Notes under the pieces: model-generated
Told to the model about the DNA's origin: nothing
Databases searched by the model: none
The model's input: only the letters and a program-made list of their open reading frames with translations
Part shown: positions 41,028-51,971 of the stretch, piece after piece
How positions within the stretch are numbered: the stretch's first letter is position 1
How the letters are laid out: each line of letters opens with the position of its first letter
IMG/VR virus record: IMGVR_UViG_3300030117_007876
Span: 32,001-96,000 of that record
Direction: 5' to 3' (one strand)
DNA length: 64,000 nt
Source of the DNA: a virus
Program-made: the position numbers and the translations under genes

Positions 41028-41234
41028 ATGGCCCACCTGATTAGATTAACTGATTATCAAACTGGAGAAAAAGTTCTTTATAATTTAGATACTGTTGTGT
41101 CTATAGAGCGTGTGAAAGACGCTACCGTAATTACTACACGCTGGGGGAGAAATCAAGTTGTTGAATCTTTAGAGTATATAGAACAAGCTGCTAGAGGAAA
41201 AAACATAGACGAGTCTTCTCCTTCACAATTCTGA
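41028..41234 (+). CDS. FlbD-like small protein
   Basis: LIRLT...VLYNLDTVVSIE....TVIT......VVESLE pattern. Confidence 0.6.
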   Translation: MAHLIRLTDYQTGEKVLYNLDTVVSIERVKDATVITTRWGRNQVVESLEYIEQAARGKNIDESSPSQF

Positions 41235-41293
41235 ATAATGAACGAAAAAAAGCCAAATAATGAGCGATTTTTTCCCAAATATACATATTTAAA

Positions 41294-42049
41294 ATGCATG
41301 AGTTATTAAATAATAATAAATCTAAACATAATATTATATTAATTATCTCATGCGGAAGAAGACTTGAAACTTTTAAAAATACAATAAGTAAATTATTTAA
41401 GCATAACCCACAAATAAATAATGATATTAAAAAATGCTGGGTGTTAGACGATAGATCAAGCGTAGAAGACAGAAAAGAAATAGATAAAACTTTAAAAAAC
41501 TACTTTTTAGATAATTATAATACAGTACATTTTAATAGCGACGAAAAATATTACTACATAAATAAACTAAATTTCATAAATAAAATATCTGACAAAGAAG
41601 ATATTATTCTTTTTTTAGAAGATGACTGGCAATGTCGCAGATCTTTAGAACTAGATAATCACATAAATATATTAAAAAACGATGATGTTGATTCAATCTG
41701 CTTAACAGGAGTCAAGCATGTCCAGAATGAAAATATTTTAAATATCAAGCAGAAATATAAAAACTACTGGAAAAATCCTTGGCCCGATTTTTACAATCAT
41801 TTAATTGATTATAAACCTGATGATGATTGGGTTTATATGTACGAACAAGTGAAAATGAAAAACTGGAGTAATAATCCTAGCTTAACAAAAGCAAAAGTTT
41901 ACCACCAAGGTTTTTTTGAGCATAATTCTCATTATGAAGTACTCTTTGCAGATAAATTCGGAGACAAAATAAATCAATATTTTACCGATCATTTTTATTT
42001 TTATCATGTCGGTAATAAAAATTCTTTAGAAGAACAGCAGAGGTTATAA
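41294..42049 (+). CDS. GT-A (GT2-like) glycosyltransferase
   Basis: SCGRR, VLDDRS, FLEDDW, NNPSL, HVG. Confidence 0.75.
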   Translation: MHELLNNNKSKHNIILIISCGRRLETFKNTISKLFKHNPQINNDIKKCWVLDDRSSVEDRKEIDKTLKNYFLDNYNTVHFNSDEKYYYINKLNFINKISDKEDIILFLEDDWQCRRSLELDNHINILKNDDVDSICLTGVKHVQNENILNIKQKYKNYWKNPWPDFYNHLIDYKPDDDWVYMYEQVKMKNWSNNPSLTKAKVYHQGFFEHNSHYEVLFADKFGDKINQYFTDHFYFYHVGNKNSLEEQQRL

Positions 42050-42327
42050 TGAATATTAAAAATTTTCAAGACAAAGAGGTTCAAATAATTTACGCTAAAG
42101 TTCCTAAAAAATTTAAAGCTGAAGGTTTATGTGATAATCCAGAATCATATGAAAAACCTTTAATAATTGTAGATCCAGAGTTAAAAACGCGCCGCCAATT
42201 AAATGTTTTAATCGAAGAAGTTTTTCACGCTTATTTTTTTGATCTACCGGAGTGGAAAGCCAGAAAATTTGCAGCCAATCTAGGTAAAGTTATCTACAAC
42301 AAATATCTTAAAAAGAAAAAAGATTAA
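42049..42327 (+). CDS. Hypothetical protein with a degenerate zincin-like motif
   Basis: LIEEVFHA. Confidence 0.45.
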   Translation: MNIKNFQDKEVQIIYAKVPKKFKAEGLCDNPESYEKPLIIVDPELKTRRQLNVLIEEVFHAYFFDLPEWKARKFAANLGKVIYNKYLKKKKD

Positions 42328-42719
42328 ATATATTTTTTTTCACAAATTTCCAAATTATCTGTACATTTTTTTATGAAACAATGCTTGTACTGTGGAGATT
42401 TGATTAATAAAGAAAATGAGTTTGAGAAAATAGGACGTAAATATGTTTGTCTGCTTTGCTATGATGATTATCTGTCTGAAGATATTGGAGAAAATTTTAA
42501 TTATGAAGATGATTATTATGAAGATAATATGGAAGATCTGTAAAAATAGTGTAACATATTATAGCGCACATTAAATAGCTGGTTCAATATTTATTCAATA
42601 AAGAACAGCAAGGCCCCTAAGCGCATCAGACACTCCGTGATTTGATTGGGGCCTTTTTTATGCCCTCACCAAATAAAAATGTTGACAAGCTTTGCGCCTT
42701 GTGCAATATTTATTACGTA

Positions 42720-42946
42720 TGACTGAAACCGCTAAAAGAGGTAGGGGTCGCCCAAAGGGAGCTACCAGTACTATTGATATGAAATTATCGGAAATCGTGA
42801 GTCAAGTAGATGGCGATATGGATGCCGTAATTCAAGTCGGTCGCACTTGGTTATCCAAAAGAACTCCAGTTGTCGTAACTCAATCACCTAAAGCTCAAGA
42901 AGCTCAAAACGTTAATGATGAGCCGATTGAATTTACGATTAGCTAA
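42720..42946 (+). CDS. Small AT-hook DNA-binding protein
   Basis: KRGRGRPKG; TTGACA promoter just upstream and a terminator at about 42952-42978. Confidence 0.6.
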
Positions 42947-43035
42947 TTCAACGGGGGGAGCAATCCCCCCACTTTTTTATTTGACAAGTAACTGAATAAA
43001 TATTAGATTGATTGCTGAAAAAGGGAATAAATATT

Positions 43036-43962
43036 ATGCCATTTGAAAAACTAGTTGGACAAAAACAAATCAAGAGCAAGCTCAATTTTTACATTGATGT
43101 TTATAAAAGAACTAAAGTAGTTCCTTTTCTTAATTTCATTGGAGCCAGAGGGCTTGGCAAAACTGCTTATGCTAGAGAGTTTTCTAATTATCTCACTAAT
43201 AGCATGGGTGTAAAGAAAAAGTTTATTGAGATAAATAGCTCTACTATTAAATCAGTGAGCCAATTTCTTGAACAAATTTTCGTGCCTCACATTCAAGACA
43301 AAGAAGTTGTTGTATTATTTGACGAGTGTCATGCATTACCTGACAGCTTAATTTATACATTACTAACAGTGCTTAATACTGAGAAAAGTCCTATTAGAAA
43401 ATATCAAGCAGGAGACCAAGAATATGTATTTGATTTTAGTAAGCATCATTTTTTATTTGCTACTACTGAAAGTCAAGAATTATTTCCACCGCTGAGAGAT
43501 AGATTAACTGTTGTAGAGTTTGCTGATTACAGCGTAAATGATCTGAAAGAAATCTTCAAATCTTATTTACCAGAATATACATTTACAGAAGAAGCTTTAC
43601 AACTTATAGCGGAAACATCAAGAGGTAACGCTAGATCTTGCATACTTAGAGCAAAAGAAATACAAGATTATTGCAAAGCTTATTCAGTACAGCATATTGA
43701 TAGAAACAGAATTCACAAACTGTTTAACATTCTTGGCATTCTCCCTCAAGGGTTAAATAGAATTGAGTGGCAGATTTTAAGAATATTGAAGAGAGATGGA
43801 TTTTCTTCTTTAGCTTCTTTAGCTGCTAAAACTGGATTGTCAAGAAGCAGTATTCAAAGAGATCATGAAATGTATCTTTTACGCAAAGGGTTTATAACGA
43901 TAGAAGGCTTAAGAAAAATAACAAGTTCTGGAGCTAAAGTTGTTGAGAAAACGTTTGAATAA
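43036..43962 (+). CDS. ruvB: RuvB-like Holliday junction branch-migration ATPase
   Basis: LVGQ, GARGLGKT, LFDECH, ATTE...PPLRDR, SRGNAR, EMYLLRKGFI. Confidence 0.8.
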   Translation: MPFEKLVGQKQIKSKLNFYIDVYKRTKVVPFLNFIGARGLGKTAYAREFSNYLTNSMGVKKKFIEINSSTIKSVSQFLEQIFVPHIQDKEVVVLFDECHALPDSLIYTLLTVLNTEKSPIRKYQAGDQEYVFDFSKHHFLFATTESQELFPPLRDRLTVVEFADYSVNDLKEIFKSYLPEYTFTEEALQLIAETSRGNARSCILRAKEIQDYCKAYSVQHIDRNRIHKLFNILGILPQGLNRIEWQILRILKRDGFSSLASLAAKTGLSRSSIQRDHEMYLLRKGFITIEGLRKITSSGAKVVEKTFE

Positions 43963-43992
43963 TTGCAACATATCTGTTAAAATATATATGTG

Positions 43993-44069
43993 GCTCCCGT
44001 AGCTCAGTTGGACAGAGCAACTGCCTTCTAAGCAGTCGGTCGCACGTTCGAGTCGTGCCGGGAGCGCCA
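43993..44069 (+). tRNA. tRNA-Arg(UCU)
   Basis: gctcccg/cgggagc acceptor stem, actgc-ctTCTaa-gcagt, CCA. Confidence 0.95.
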
Positions 44070-44093
44070 TAAAACTAGTGTAACAAAAAATAT

Positions 44094-45608
44094 ATGTCAA
44101 CCACAATTCCTTACGATCCTTCATTAGTATTGGGAAATCTGATTCATGAAAATGATATCAAACAACTTGAAGCTATTCAAGCTGCAGAGGAACCAGTAAA
44201 CGCTGCTCAAAACAGATTAAACGATTCAATTCAAGCTAAGCATAAGCTCGACATGACTCTACAAGAAATGGTAGAAATGAATGTCGATGTAAATGATCTT
44301 GATGATTTCAGAGATTCAATTCAGAAAGTTGGAGAAAGCATCACTGAAAATGCATCAGATTATGGTAAGGCAGTTTTAAAAGCTCAAAAAGATGTCGCTA
44401 AGCTAAAAGGTGATGGAGGTAATATTAAGATTACTGAAATGCCAGAAAGTCCAATCGATTGGAACAAGAGCGCACTTAAACAACTGGCTTTAAGTTCTGA
44501 CACAATGATTGTTGATGCTCAGTATTTCAGAAACGAAGACGAGCGAGATGGTTCAGGCGCTCATGCTAGCGCAGTTGCCGCTTCTGCTAGTGCTACGATT
44601 TCCAGCATCTGGGGTCCAAAATTTTCAACATCAGCTGCCACCTCTGTAAAGAAAACTGTTTTAAATCAAACTTCTCAACATAGCATTGAGGGAACGCTTG
44701 TAATTACAGCTTCTTGCACACACAAACAAACAGATCTTTTTGCTCCATTTGTAATGGACCCAGAGAAAGCCGTTTATGCTTGGAACTGGATTTTTCCAAA
44801 TGATCAGATTCAGACTACAAGACCAGAAACTTTAGTTCAAGCTATTGAAAACGTAAGCGCAAAAGGATCTGATGATCAGAAAAAATTCTTAAGCTTATTA
44901 TCTGGACAAACTATTGGTAGTTCTTTTGTTGGTATGGTTCATATTTTAAGAACTGAAAAAACTGATAGCACTCAAACAAGTAGCGCAAGCGCATCTAAAT
45001 TTGCATCAGAGTTTGAATGGGGAGGATTTTTCGCTAGCGGAAAAGGAGCTTTTGGAGTTGATAGCGATTTCAGCAATAACATTAAAAATATGTTAAGCAC
45101 AAATGATATTACTTCTCATTGTTCTCTTGTTACCATGGGAATTATTCCTTCTTTAAAGAGTAATATTCTTGAAACTTCTATCAGTCAAATGAAGCCTGAT
45201 GCAACGGAAGTTATGGGTCAACTTTCATCTATTCAAGGCGCAACTGATACTGATATTAATAGCGTTTCTTCTGAAGCTTCTAAAGCTAAAGTCGGTCAGC
45301 AGTTCATGGAATTAAATAATAGTTATATTAAAGAAGTTGTATCTAATGTAACACAAAGCGATAAAGAAGCTAATAAAATTATTGATGTTAATTCTCTTAT
45401 GACAGCTTTTGATGATTATGTTCAAAAAGCTGAAGCTGGAGAAAGCGGTGTTCCTATTAACTTCTTTGTTAGACATATTGATAAACCTATGATTGCTAAA
45501 TCGTGGTTGAAAAAGTTCAGCCCTCAAGATAATTGGCAATTAAGTTCTGGAGATGATGATTCTACTGGAGAAGGTCAAAAAACTAACGAAGACGGAACTA
45601 GTAAATAA
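44094..45608 (+). CDS. Hypothetical 504-aa Ser/Thr-rich protein
   Basis: Long ORF with its own GTGTAA motif and a terminator at about 45620-45649. Confidence 0.75.
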   Translation: MSTTIPYDPSLVLGNLIHENDIKQLEAIQAAEEPVNAAQNRLNDSIQAKHKLDMTLQEMVEMNVDVNDLDDFRDSIQKVGESITENASDYGKAVLKAQKDVAKLKGDGGNIKITEMPESPIDWNKSALKQLALSSDTMIVDAQYFRNEDERDGSGAHASAVAASASATISSIWGPKFSTSAATSVKKTVLNQTSQHSIEGTLVITASCTHKQTDLFAPFVMDPEKAVYAWNWIFPNDQIQTTRPETLVQAIENVSAKGSDDQKKFLSLLSGQTIGSSFVGMVHILRTEKTDSTQTSSASASKFASEFEWGGFFASGKGAFGVDSDFSNNIKNMLSTNDITSHCSLVTMGIIPSLKSNILETSISQMKPDATEVMGQLSSIQGATDTDINSVSSEASKAKVGQQFMELNNSYIKEVVSNVTQSDKEANKIIDVNSLMTAFDDYVQKAEAGESGVPINFFVRHIDKPMIAKSWLKKFSPQDNWQLSSGDDDSTGEGQKTNEDGTSK

Positions 45609-45666
45609 TATTTAATAATGGTCCCGCCCTTTATGGGGCGGGGCCTTTTAACTTTATTGTTTCGAA

Positions 45667-46917
45667 ATGAACTTGCCTAATAAAAAACATCTTATTAACG
45701 TTTTAGGGTTTTCTGTTAATATTTTGTTTGACACTATACAAATAGTAGATACAAAGCACAAGCTTCTTGATAAAAAAGTATCAAATAAGATAGCTGATTA
45801 TTTAATATTAGAAGGTTATTTTGATAAATTCATTAATAAAAATCCAGATCAACAAATAAAAATAGAAATTTTTAGAAAAAAATAACTAAATAATGGAAGA
45901 AAGCGAAGACTGGCGCAAAGAAGGTCAAAAAAAACCTTGGACAGAAGTTATAGAAACTGATGAAAGATCTGTTTTACAGCTTAGTGCTAGACAAATGGGC
46001 GTAATGTTTACTATGTTAAGTGCTAATTTAGGCGCAAAAGATATTGAACAGACAAGAAAAAAATGCATTGAATTATCGGAAAAATTTATTAACCAATGGA
46101 AGCGTATAAAGAAATAAACAAAACAGCCGAAAATATAAAAGAAGAACTTTCTTATATAAATGAACAAGCCTTATTTGCTGATGGTTTTGACGATGCTTTA
46201 ATTGGGGTTGACATGGTTCATTATACAGCCGTTTATGATGTTGATAAATGCGTAGATGTTCTTATGAAAGAAAGCGGCATGACTTTCGAAGAAGCGCAAG
46301 AATATTTTGAATTTAATACCCTCAATGCCTACGTAGGCGAATACACACCTAAATACATTAAAATATATAATAAATAATTATGTCACTATTAATAGCTCTT
46401 GCTTTTAGTCAAATAGAAATAAATTACGCTTGTAAAGATCAACATATTGATGCTACTTTTAAGTCGTATCAAGAAGCTAAAAACTATGCTGAATATTTTA
46501 AACCACATCATAATTATGATATTATACCTTTTTTAAACTTCTCTAAAGTAAAAAATGAGTAAGAGGCATGTGTACATATTAAAAATGCCAAAAAGTCTTA
46601 AGCTTGATTTCAACACGTTAAATGAATTAATATATGATAATTTTTATATACCCAATTCAAAAGACATATTAATTAGATGGTTGGACTGGGTAGATTTGCA
46701 CTTTAACAAAATAGATTACGAAAAGATATATTTCTTTCTTAATAAGTACGAGCGATTACAAATTGTATTGAATGCCATTTCTGGACATATGATTCAAAAA
46801 ATGAAACCCTCTTCAAATGGTAAATTCTCCATGGCTACATATGTCGAGTGCGATAATATTAACGAAGTAATATCTAATATAGTACTTGACATGATAGCTA
46901 AAGAGGGTTACACTTAA
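45667..46917 (+). CDS. Five small hypothetical ORFs
   Basis: 45667-45885, 45893-46117, 46096-46377 (ADGFDDALIG..EEAQEYFEFN), 46380-46562, 46555-46917. Confidence 0.55.
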
Positions 46918-47351
46918 TGATAAAATTATCATCTAAACACCTTTTCAATGCTTTGCGCGTATGATTTTACATCTTAGCAATTATGTGTTTGTTAAAAGAA
47001 GTATATTAATCAAAGGTTTTTGTCTATTTATTGCTATTTGCTATATTAACAATATTTTGTCTTTTTTAGGTCTTATTTCCCCCGTATATTCCTCTTTAAT
47101 AAGCCATATTTGCATCTACAATTCATCAAGACCTTTTACGTATAACATACACCCCGTATGTTACACAAACCCCCTTTAAATACAGTATAAATAACACTTT
47201 CAATGATTACTTCATATATAGATAATATAATACCTAATAACATAAATACCAAACAAAAAAAAGAACGTTGAAGTAAAAATAAAAAAGAGATTGAAAAGAC
47301 CACTGCGCCTTTAATATTTATTCAATACGCATTATTTATTAATTAATTGAT

Positions 47352-47609
47352 ATGAAAAATAGTAAATTAGTAATTTTTATTCATAAGTATGGTATGAATT
47401 TTTCTGTTGCTTTATATGTATTGTTATTAACACATATAGGAATATACGTAAATAAGCTTGATTTTTGGCTATTATTCTTTTGTTTTTGTTTGAACATGTA
47501 TTTTATATTTCATAAAGGTATGGTATATATGTTATCTAAACAGTTTGAGAAAGATATGTTAAAAGAGATAGTAAAACAGCAAATAAGAGATCACAAAGAA
47601 AAAAAATAA
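47352..47609 (+). CDS. Hypothetical membrane protein
   Basis: Two hydrophobic segments. Confidence 0.45.
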   Translation: MKNSKLVIFIHKYGMNFSVALYVLLLTHIGIYVNKLDFWLLFFCFCLNMYFIFHKGMVYMLSKQFEKDMLKEIVKQQIRDHKEKK

Positions 47610-47644
47610 AAATAAAATGAACTAAATTGAAAATAGCGGCCATT

Positions 47645-47721
47645 TGGGATATCGCCCCACTTTCACTATATTGTATAACTAGTTGAAAAATATAAAAAAA
47701 AATGGGATATCGCCCCACTTT
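47645..47721. repeat. 19-bp perfect direct repeat
   Basis: tgggatatcgccccacttt at 47645-47663 and 47703-47721. Confidence 0.85.
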
Positions 47722-47865
47722 TGTAAATATTGAATAAATAATGACTTAATAATTGCTTAATAATATATAATAAAATGCGCGTTTTTGCTGTTTTTTAATT
47801 AATATTTTGTTGTTTTTCAATCATTTTTGTTTATTTTTGTTGTTTTTTGATGTAATATAATATAT

Positions 47866-48565
47866 ATGAGATTTAAGCAGCAAGTATTATTAAAACACGA
47901 TCATGGAATTACAGCTCAATGGATCAGTGAAGATTATAGCCAAATGGCAGTAGCCACATACTTTCGACAAGAAAAAGAAGGTAAAGATGTTAACGGCGAA
48001 AATGTTATAATTAGAACATGGGTATTAGGTAATTGCAGCGGCCCATGGACTGGCGTCACACCTGATGGTAAAGAACTAACAATTATACCCGGATTCGAAA
48101 AAGAAAGAGATCAAATATCAGGCGAAGCCACATTAATATTAACATGTATTAACGCTACATTAAATGGTAATAATGCATTAAATAGTATATGGACAGCAAC
48201 AAAAATTGGATTCGAATAAAATAAACACAAATAATGTGCAAATAAATGCTTAATAATACTTGACAAATAATGTAATATATGATAGTATTTTTTCAACGTC
48301 AAAAAGTATTGGCGTAATAATAAATATATATTATATGAAAAATAAGTTAGTTAATACATTAAACAGCACAGGAGGCCGTTTCACCACCCTAGTAGTTAAT
48401 CGTTCTAAGGGTCAGCAAACATATTGCGCTCGTATTAAATCGGCTACTGAAAAGATGGTAACATTCTTCGATGTTAATAACAAGATGAATCGTCGTGTCG
48501 ATACAAACCGTATTGTATTTGCACGTTCTGGAGAGACTCAATATCGAAAGGCTCGCACTAAGTAA
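47866..48565 (+). CDS. Two hypothetical proteins (47866-48219, about 48335-48565)
   Basis: ORFs followed by a terminator at about 48592-48619. Confidence 0.6.
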
Positions 48566-48827
48566 TAATAAATATTCTTAATAAGACACACAACCCACAG
48601 GGCAACCTGTGGGTTTTTTGTTTGATTATAAATAATACGCGGCCAAATAACATACAATATCTATCTATTACATACTAAATAAACACTATTCGATTGTAAA
48701 TAAAATAAAGCCAAATAACTAACAAATAAACACGTAATATAAATAACTAAATATAGAACGCTAAATATATGTATGCAAATAAGTAATAATATATATAAAA
48801 AAAATCTAACTATATAATTTATAATTT

Positions 48828-48944
48828 GTAAGTCGTTGATTATTAAGAACTTACGCTGGGGCCCCTGTTTGCGTAACCTATTTATTATCAACAGGTTACA
48901 TCTGTGGGGGCCCCAATGCAAGTCGTTGATTTTCAAGGGTTTAC
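48828..48944. repeat. 27-bp palindrome/GGGGCCCC cluster 1 (3 copies)
   Basis: Copies start at 48828, 48873 and 48918. Confidence 0.85.
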
Positions 48945-49019
48945 ATATGAGAGAGTTTTTTGTGTTTGTCAATAAAAAAAGCCCCCTTTCGGGGGCTTGT
49001 GAGTGTATTTTATGCTTGA

Positions 49020-50084
49020 CTAATTAGCCAAAGCAATTTGATTTTGGGTTTCTAATTCAACCTTGCGTCCAATCTCCTTTAATCCATTGAATCGTTTGGA
49101 ATTGAATTCCGGCTTACCCTGTAAATCGTTAGGGGTGTCAAACAATTGATTATAGAAATCTTGCTTTGCACGGTTGCCAGCTCCAAAATGACTTGACTCA
49201 TTTTGTTTCATTCGGAAGTTGTCTTTATCCTTGCCTCCAGATGATTCATGACTGTAAAAATCAGTAACAGCAGAAAAAGCGTCCAGAAGCGTTTCGCCTT
49301 TGTTGCCTTCTCCTGTGGAAAAGAGTTCCGTCAGTCGTTCGATTCTGTTTCTTGATTGGGTTGGGATCACTTTATCTTTATTGCTTTTCATGATCCAACC
49401 AGTGAAAGCTTCGGACACTTCATTACGTTTCACAGGGATTTCAGCAGCAACCTGCATCGCATGTTTAAATTGCTTGGCGACGCCGATGAAAGATTCAATG
49501 CCTTTCTCCATGTTTTCAATGCCAGCTATCATATTTTTAGAGTGACGGACCTTGAATCGGAAAAGTCCTGACTTGTCCTGCATAGCAGCGTTAAAGCTAT
49601 TCTGACAAACAATGCAAAGAGAGGTATTGACCCCGTAGAGTGAAGAACTCATGTCGATACTGTCCAGAAGACAAAAACGGTTTTTGAATTCACGTTGTCC
49701 AACATAGAATTGATCCATATCTGTGCCCAAAGCTACGGTGATGTAACGTCGAGCGCGATTTTTAAACGTTCCAACATTTTCAACCTTAGCATCAGTGCCA
49801 CCAACTGCATTCTGCACGATTTCCCAGAATCTCTCATTTGTGAGATGCTGATAACTTTCAGGAATTGGTTTGCCAGTGAATTCTTGAGTGTCAGAACAGG
49901 TCAAGCCATACCATTTTGTGCCGTTCATGGAAACATGGTTTTTATCCCAATCGTATAAAGCTTGACGTTTAAACTCATAAGGAAATGCGTCTTCAAACGT
50001 AATTTCCTCAACAGTGTCTTTGCTGACCCAACTGGCGTTGGTGGAGATGTAGTGATCTTTGTTTTTGCTTTTATAGTTAGGCAT
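49020..50084 (-). CDS. DUF932-family phage/plasmid protein
   Basis: YQHLTNERF, LLDSIDMSSSL, CIVCQNSF, KVRHSKN, GETLLDAFSAVTDFYSH. Confidence 0.75.
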   Translation of the reverse strand: MPNYKSKNKDHYISTNASWVSKDTVEEITFEDAFPYEFKRQALYDWDKNHVSMNGTKWYGLTCSDTQEFTGKPIPESYQHLTNERFWEIVQNAVGGTDAKVENVGTFKNRARRYITVALGTDMDQFYVGQREFKNRFCLLDSIDMSSSLYGVNTSLCIVCQNSFNAAMQDKSGLFRFKVRHSKNMIAGIENMEKGIESFIGVAKQFKHAMQVAAEIPVKRNEVSEAFTGWIMKSNKDKVIPTQSRNRIERLTELFSTGEGNKGETLLDAFSAVTDFYSHESSGGKDKDNFRMKQNESSHFGAGNRAKQDFYNQLFDTPNDLQGKPEFNSKRFNGLKEIGRKVELETQNQIALAN

Positions 50085-50229
50085 ATCTTTTTTTATTTGA
50101 TGTTCAACTTGTGATTTAACTTACATAGAAAATATATCATGCTTTAAAACCTGCGCAAACTTTTTTTTCATTTATTTTATTTCAATTAAGTATTGACAAA
50201 GCGCGTTTTTTTTGCTAGAAAATTCTTGC

Positions 50230-50301
50230 GTAAGTCGTTCATTATCAACAGGTTGCGCTTGCGGGGGCCCCAACGTAAGTCCCTGATTTGCAAGGACTTA
50301 C
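50230..50301. repeat. 27-bp palindrome/GGGGCCCC cluster 2 (2 copies)
   Basis: Copies at 50230 and 50275. Confidence 0.85.
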
Positions 50302-50312
50302 GGTGTCAAGCT

Positions 50313-51044
50313 TTAATTTAAAACAACAAAACCACTTTCGTCTTTTAAGGCTCTGCCTTTTGCTTTCAAAGCTACAATGCAGTTTTTAGGATCTTTAAAG
50401 CGCAAGTCATTTTTATCACCGTCAACAACTTTATATTTGCGCCCTTTAAAGTTATAGTGTCCATCTGACAAGACTTTTTTATAGTTTTTAAAAACCATTG
50501 CAACATTGCCACCTTTACGTAAAACAAGATCACAAACAGCATCATTTCTTTCTGACTTAGAAAAAGTTAAATGATAATTTGCTGGCATCTTACCATCAAG
50601 AAAGTCAATCATTCTCTTAGGGTTTTTTGTGTAATCATAAAATTGAGTTTCTTTTTCAGTTTGAAAGATGTTTTCATTCTCCCATGGAATATCACTTGTT
50701 CCATTCAAACGGACAACAAATTGAGTTTTATTTTTTATAGCTTTCTTTTTAGCGTTAAAAATCTCACCTTTGAGTTGATTAATCCAAGACGCTTTATCAG
50801 CAAAAAAAGATATAGTTTTTTTAATTCTAGGATTGCGAACATTATTCATTGATCCGCGTCCCGCAGTAAACAAACAAGAAGCGCGGCACCCTTTAGAGGC
50901 GTGTGGACATGTGTTCGCCACTCCTGATTCATCGCTTGGTGCGAGATACACAATCCCAGTCATAAAACCTTGAGAAATACCCTTTACGGTTTTAGCGTTT
51001 GTGTCGATGCCCAAGATCTTTTGAGTTTTAGCAATTGCTTTCAT
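50313..51044 (-). CDS. Gp88-like Cys-cluster phage protein
   Basis: TCPHASKGCRASCL, VRLNGTSDI, FYDYTK, NYHLTFS, DGDKNDLRF. Confidence 0.7.
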   Translation of the reverse strand: MKAIAKTQKILGIDTNAKTVKGISQGFMTGIVYLAPSDESGVANTCPHASKGCRASCLFTAGRGSMNNVRNPRIKKTISFFADKASWINQLKGEIFNAKKKAIKNKTQFVVRLNGTSDIPWENENIFQTEKETQFYDYTKNPKRMIDFLDGKMPANYHLTFSKSERNDAVCDLVLRKGGNVAMVFKNYKKVLSDGHYNFKGRKYKVVDGDKNDLRFKDPKNCIVALKAKGRALKDESGFVVLN

Positions 51045-51234
51045 GACTTCATATTATTAAAAAATCAAAACAGTGCAAGAATAAAAATAAAAAAAAGCCC
51101 CTCACGATGTGAGGGGTTGATTACAACTATTTTATGCTTCTTTCAAGCAATACCAGCAAAATGCCAGCAATCATAGCAAGTATCAGATACATTTGCTTTC
51201 CCTTTCATTCAGTAGCCACCCCATGTGGCTAAAG

Positions 51235-51963
51235 TCAGTTGTGTTTTAAGGTTAAATCATCGTTTAAATATTCTTGTTTTATTCCTTCTATGCTATCATA
51301 ACCAATATCATCTTCATTATCATAACCGTCAACATAAAAATATCCTTCTACATATTTATGCATTCCGGGTTCATGACCACGACCACCAGATTCTGTGCAT
51401 TTCCAGACTGTGTAATCTTCAAGACCTTCAACTTCGACTTGTTCATGTTGTGCAAGATGCCACTCTTCTATGATTTTCTTTATTCCACCAGTTATAGTGT
51501 AGATTTCACCATAACCTTGTTCCTCTTCCCATTCTACAGTTATAACGTGTTTGGGGAATTTAAGGCTAAGATGATGAATCCAGTTGTAAGGTTCTTCCCA
51601 TGGAGTTTCAAAACCAACTTCATCAGAATTACAGTAACTTGTTTGAGCATTCCACTTGCACCCCCAATTCTGAACGCACCAATCATACCAATCACCTACA
51701 CCATACAATTCACGAAATCGCTCCTTGTCTTTTTCAGTCATTGGGATTTGGTGCTGGCCATTACCATATTCCCATTTATTTTCTACAATATCTTTTGCTT
51801 GTTCTTGCAGTGATACTGTTGAACCTGTCCAGTAATCTTTTAGATCAGGTGGGATAGGCATGATAAGCTCGAAGTCCACATCTTTCTCTCCACATTTATC
51901 ACAAGTGATAGCATTAATCACATCTTCATGTGCAGATAGTTTAATATTGACCCAATTTGGCAT
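51235..51963 (-). CDS. DUF1281/YubB ferredoxin-like domain protein
   Basis: MPNW, DFELIMPIP, WYDWCVQNWGCKWNA, FETPW. Confidence 0.75.
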   Translation of the reverse strand: MPNWVNIKLSAHEDVINAITCDKCGEKDVDFELIMPIPPDLKDYWTGSTVSLQEQAKDIVENKWEYGNGQHQIPMTEKDKERFRELYGVGDWYDWCVQNWGCKWNAQTSYCNSDEVGFETPWEEPYNWIHHLSLKFPKHVITVEWEEEQGYGEIYTITGGIKKIIEEWHLAQHEQVEVEGLEDYTVWKCTESGGRGHEPGMHKYVEGYFYVDGYDNEDDIGYDSIEGIKQEYLNDDLTLKHN

Positions 51964-51971
51964 AACATTTT

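Noticed and set aside
43909-44124. ORFs overlapping tRNAs (also 55299-55577)
   Set aside because: They are antisense readings of tRNA genes.
48661-49027. ORFs 48661-48972 (-) and 48836-49027 (+)
   Set aside because: They run across the palindrome repeats, low-complexity DNA and a terminator, so they are probably spurious.
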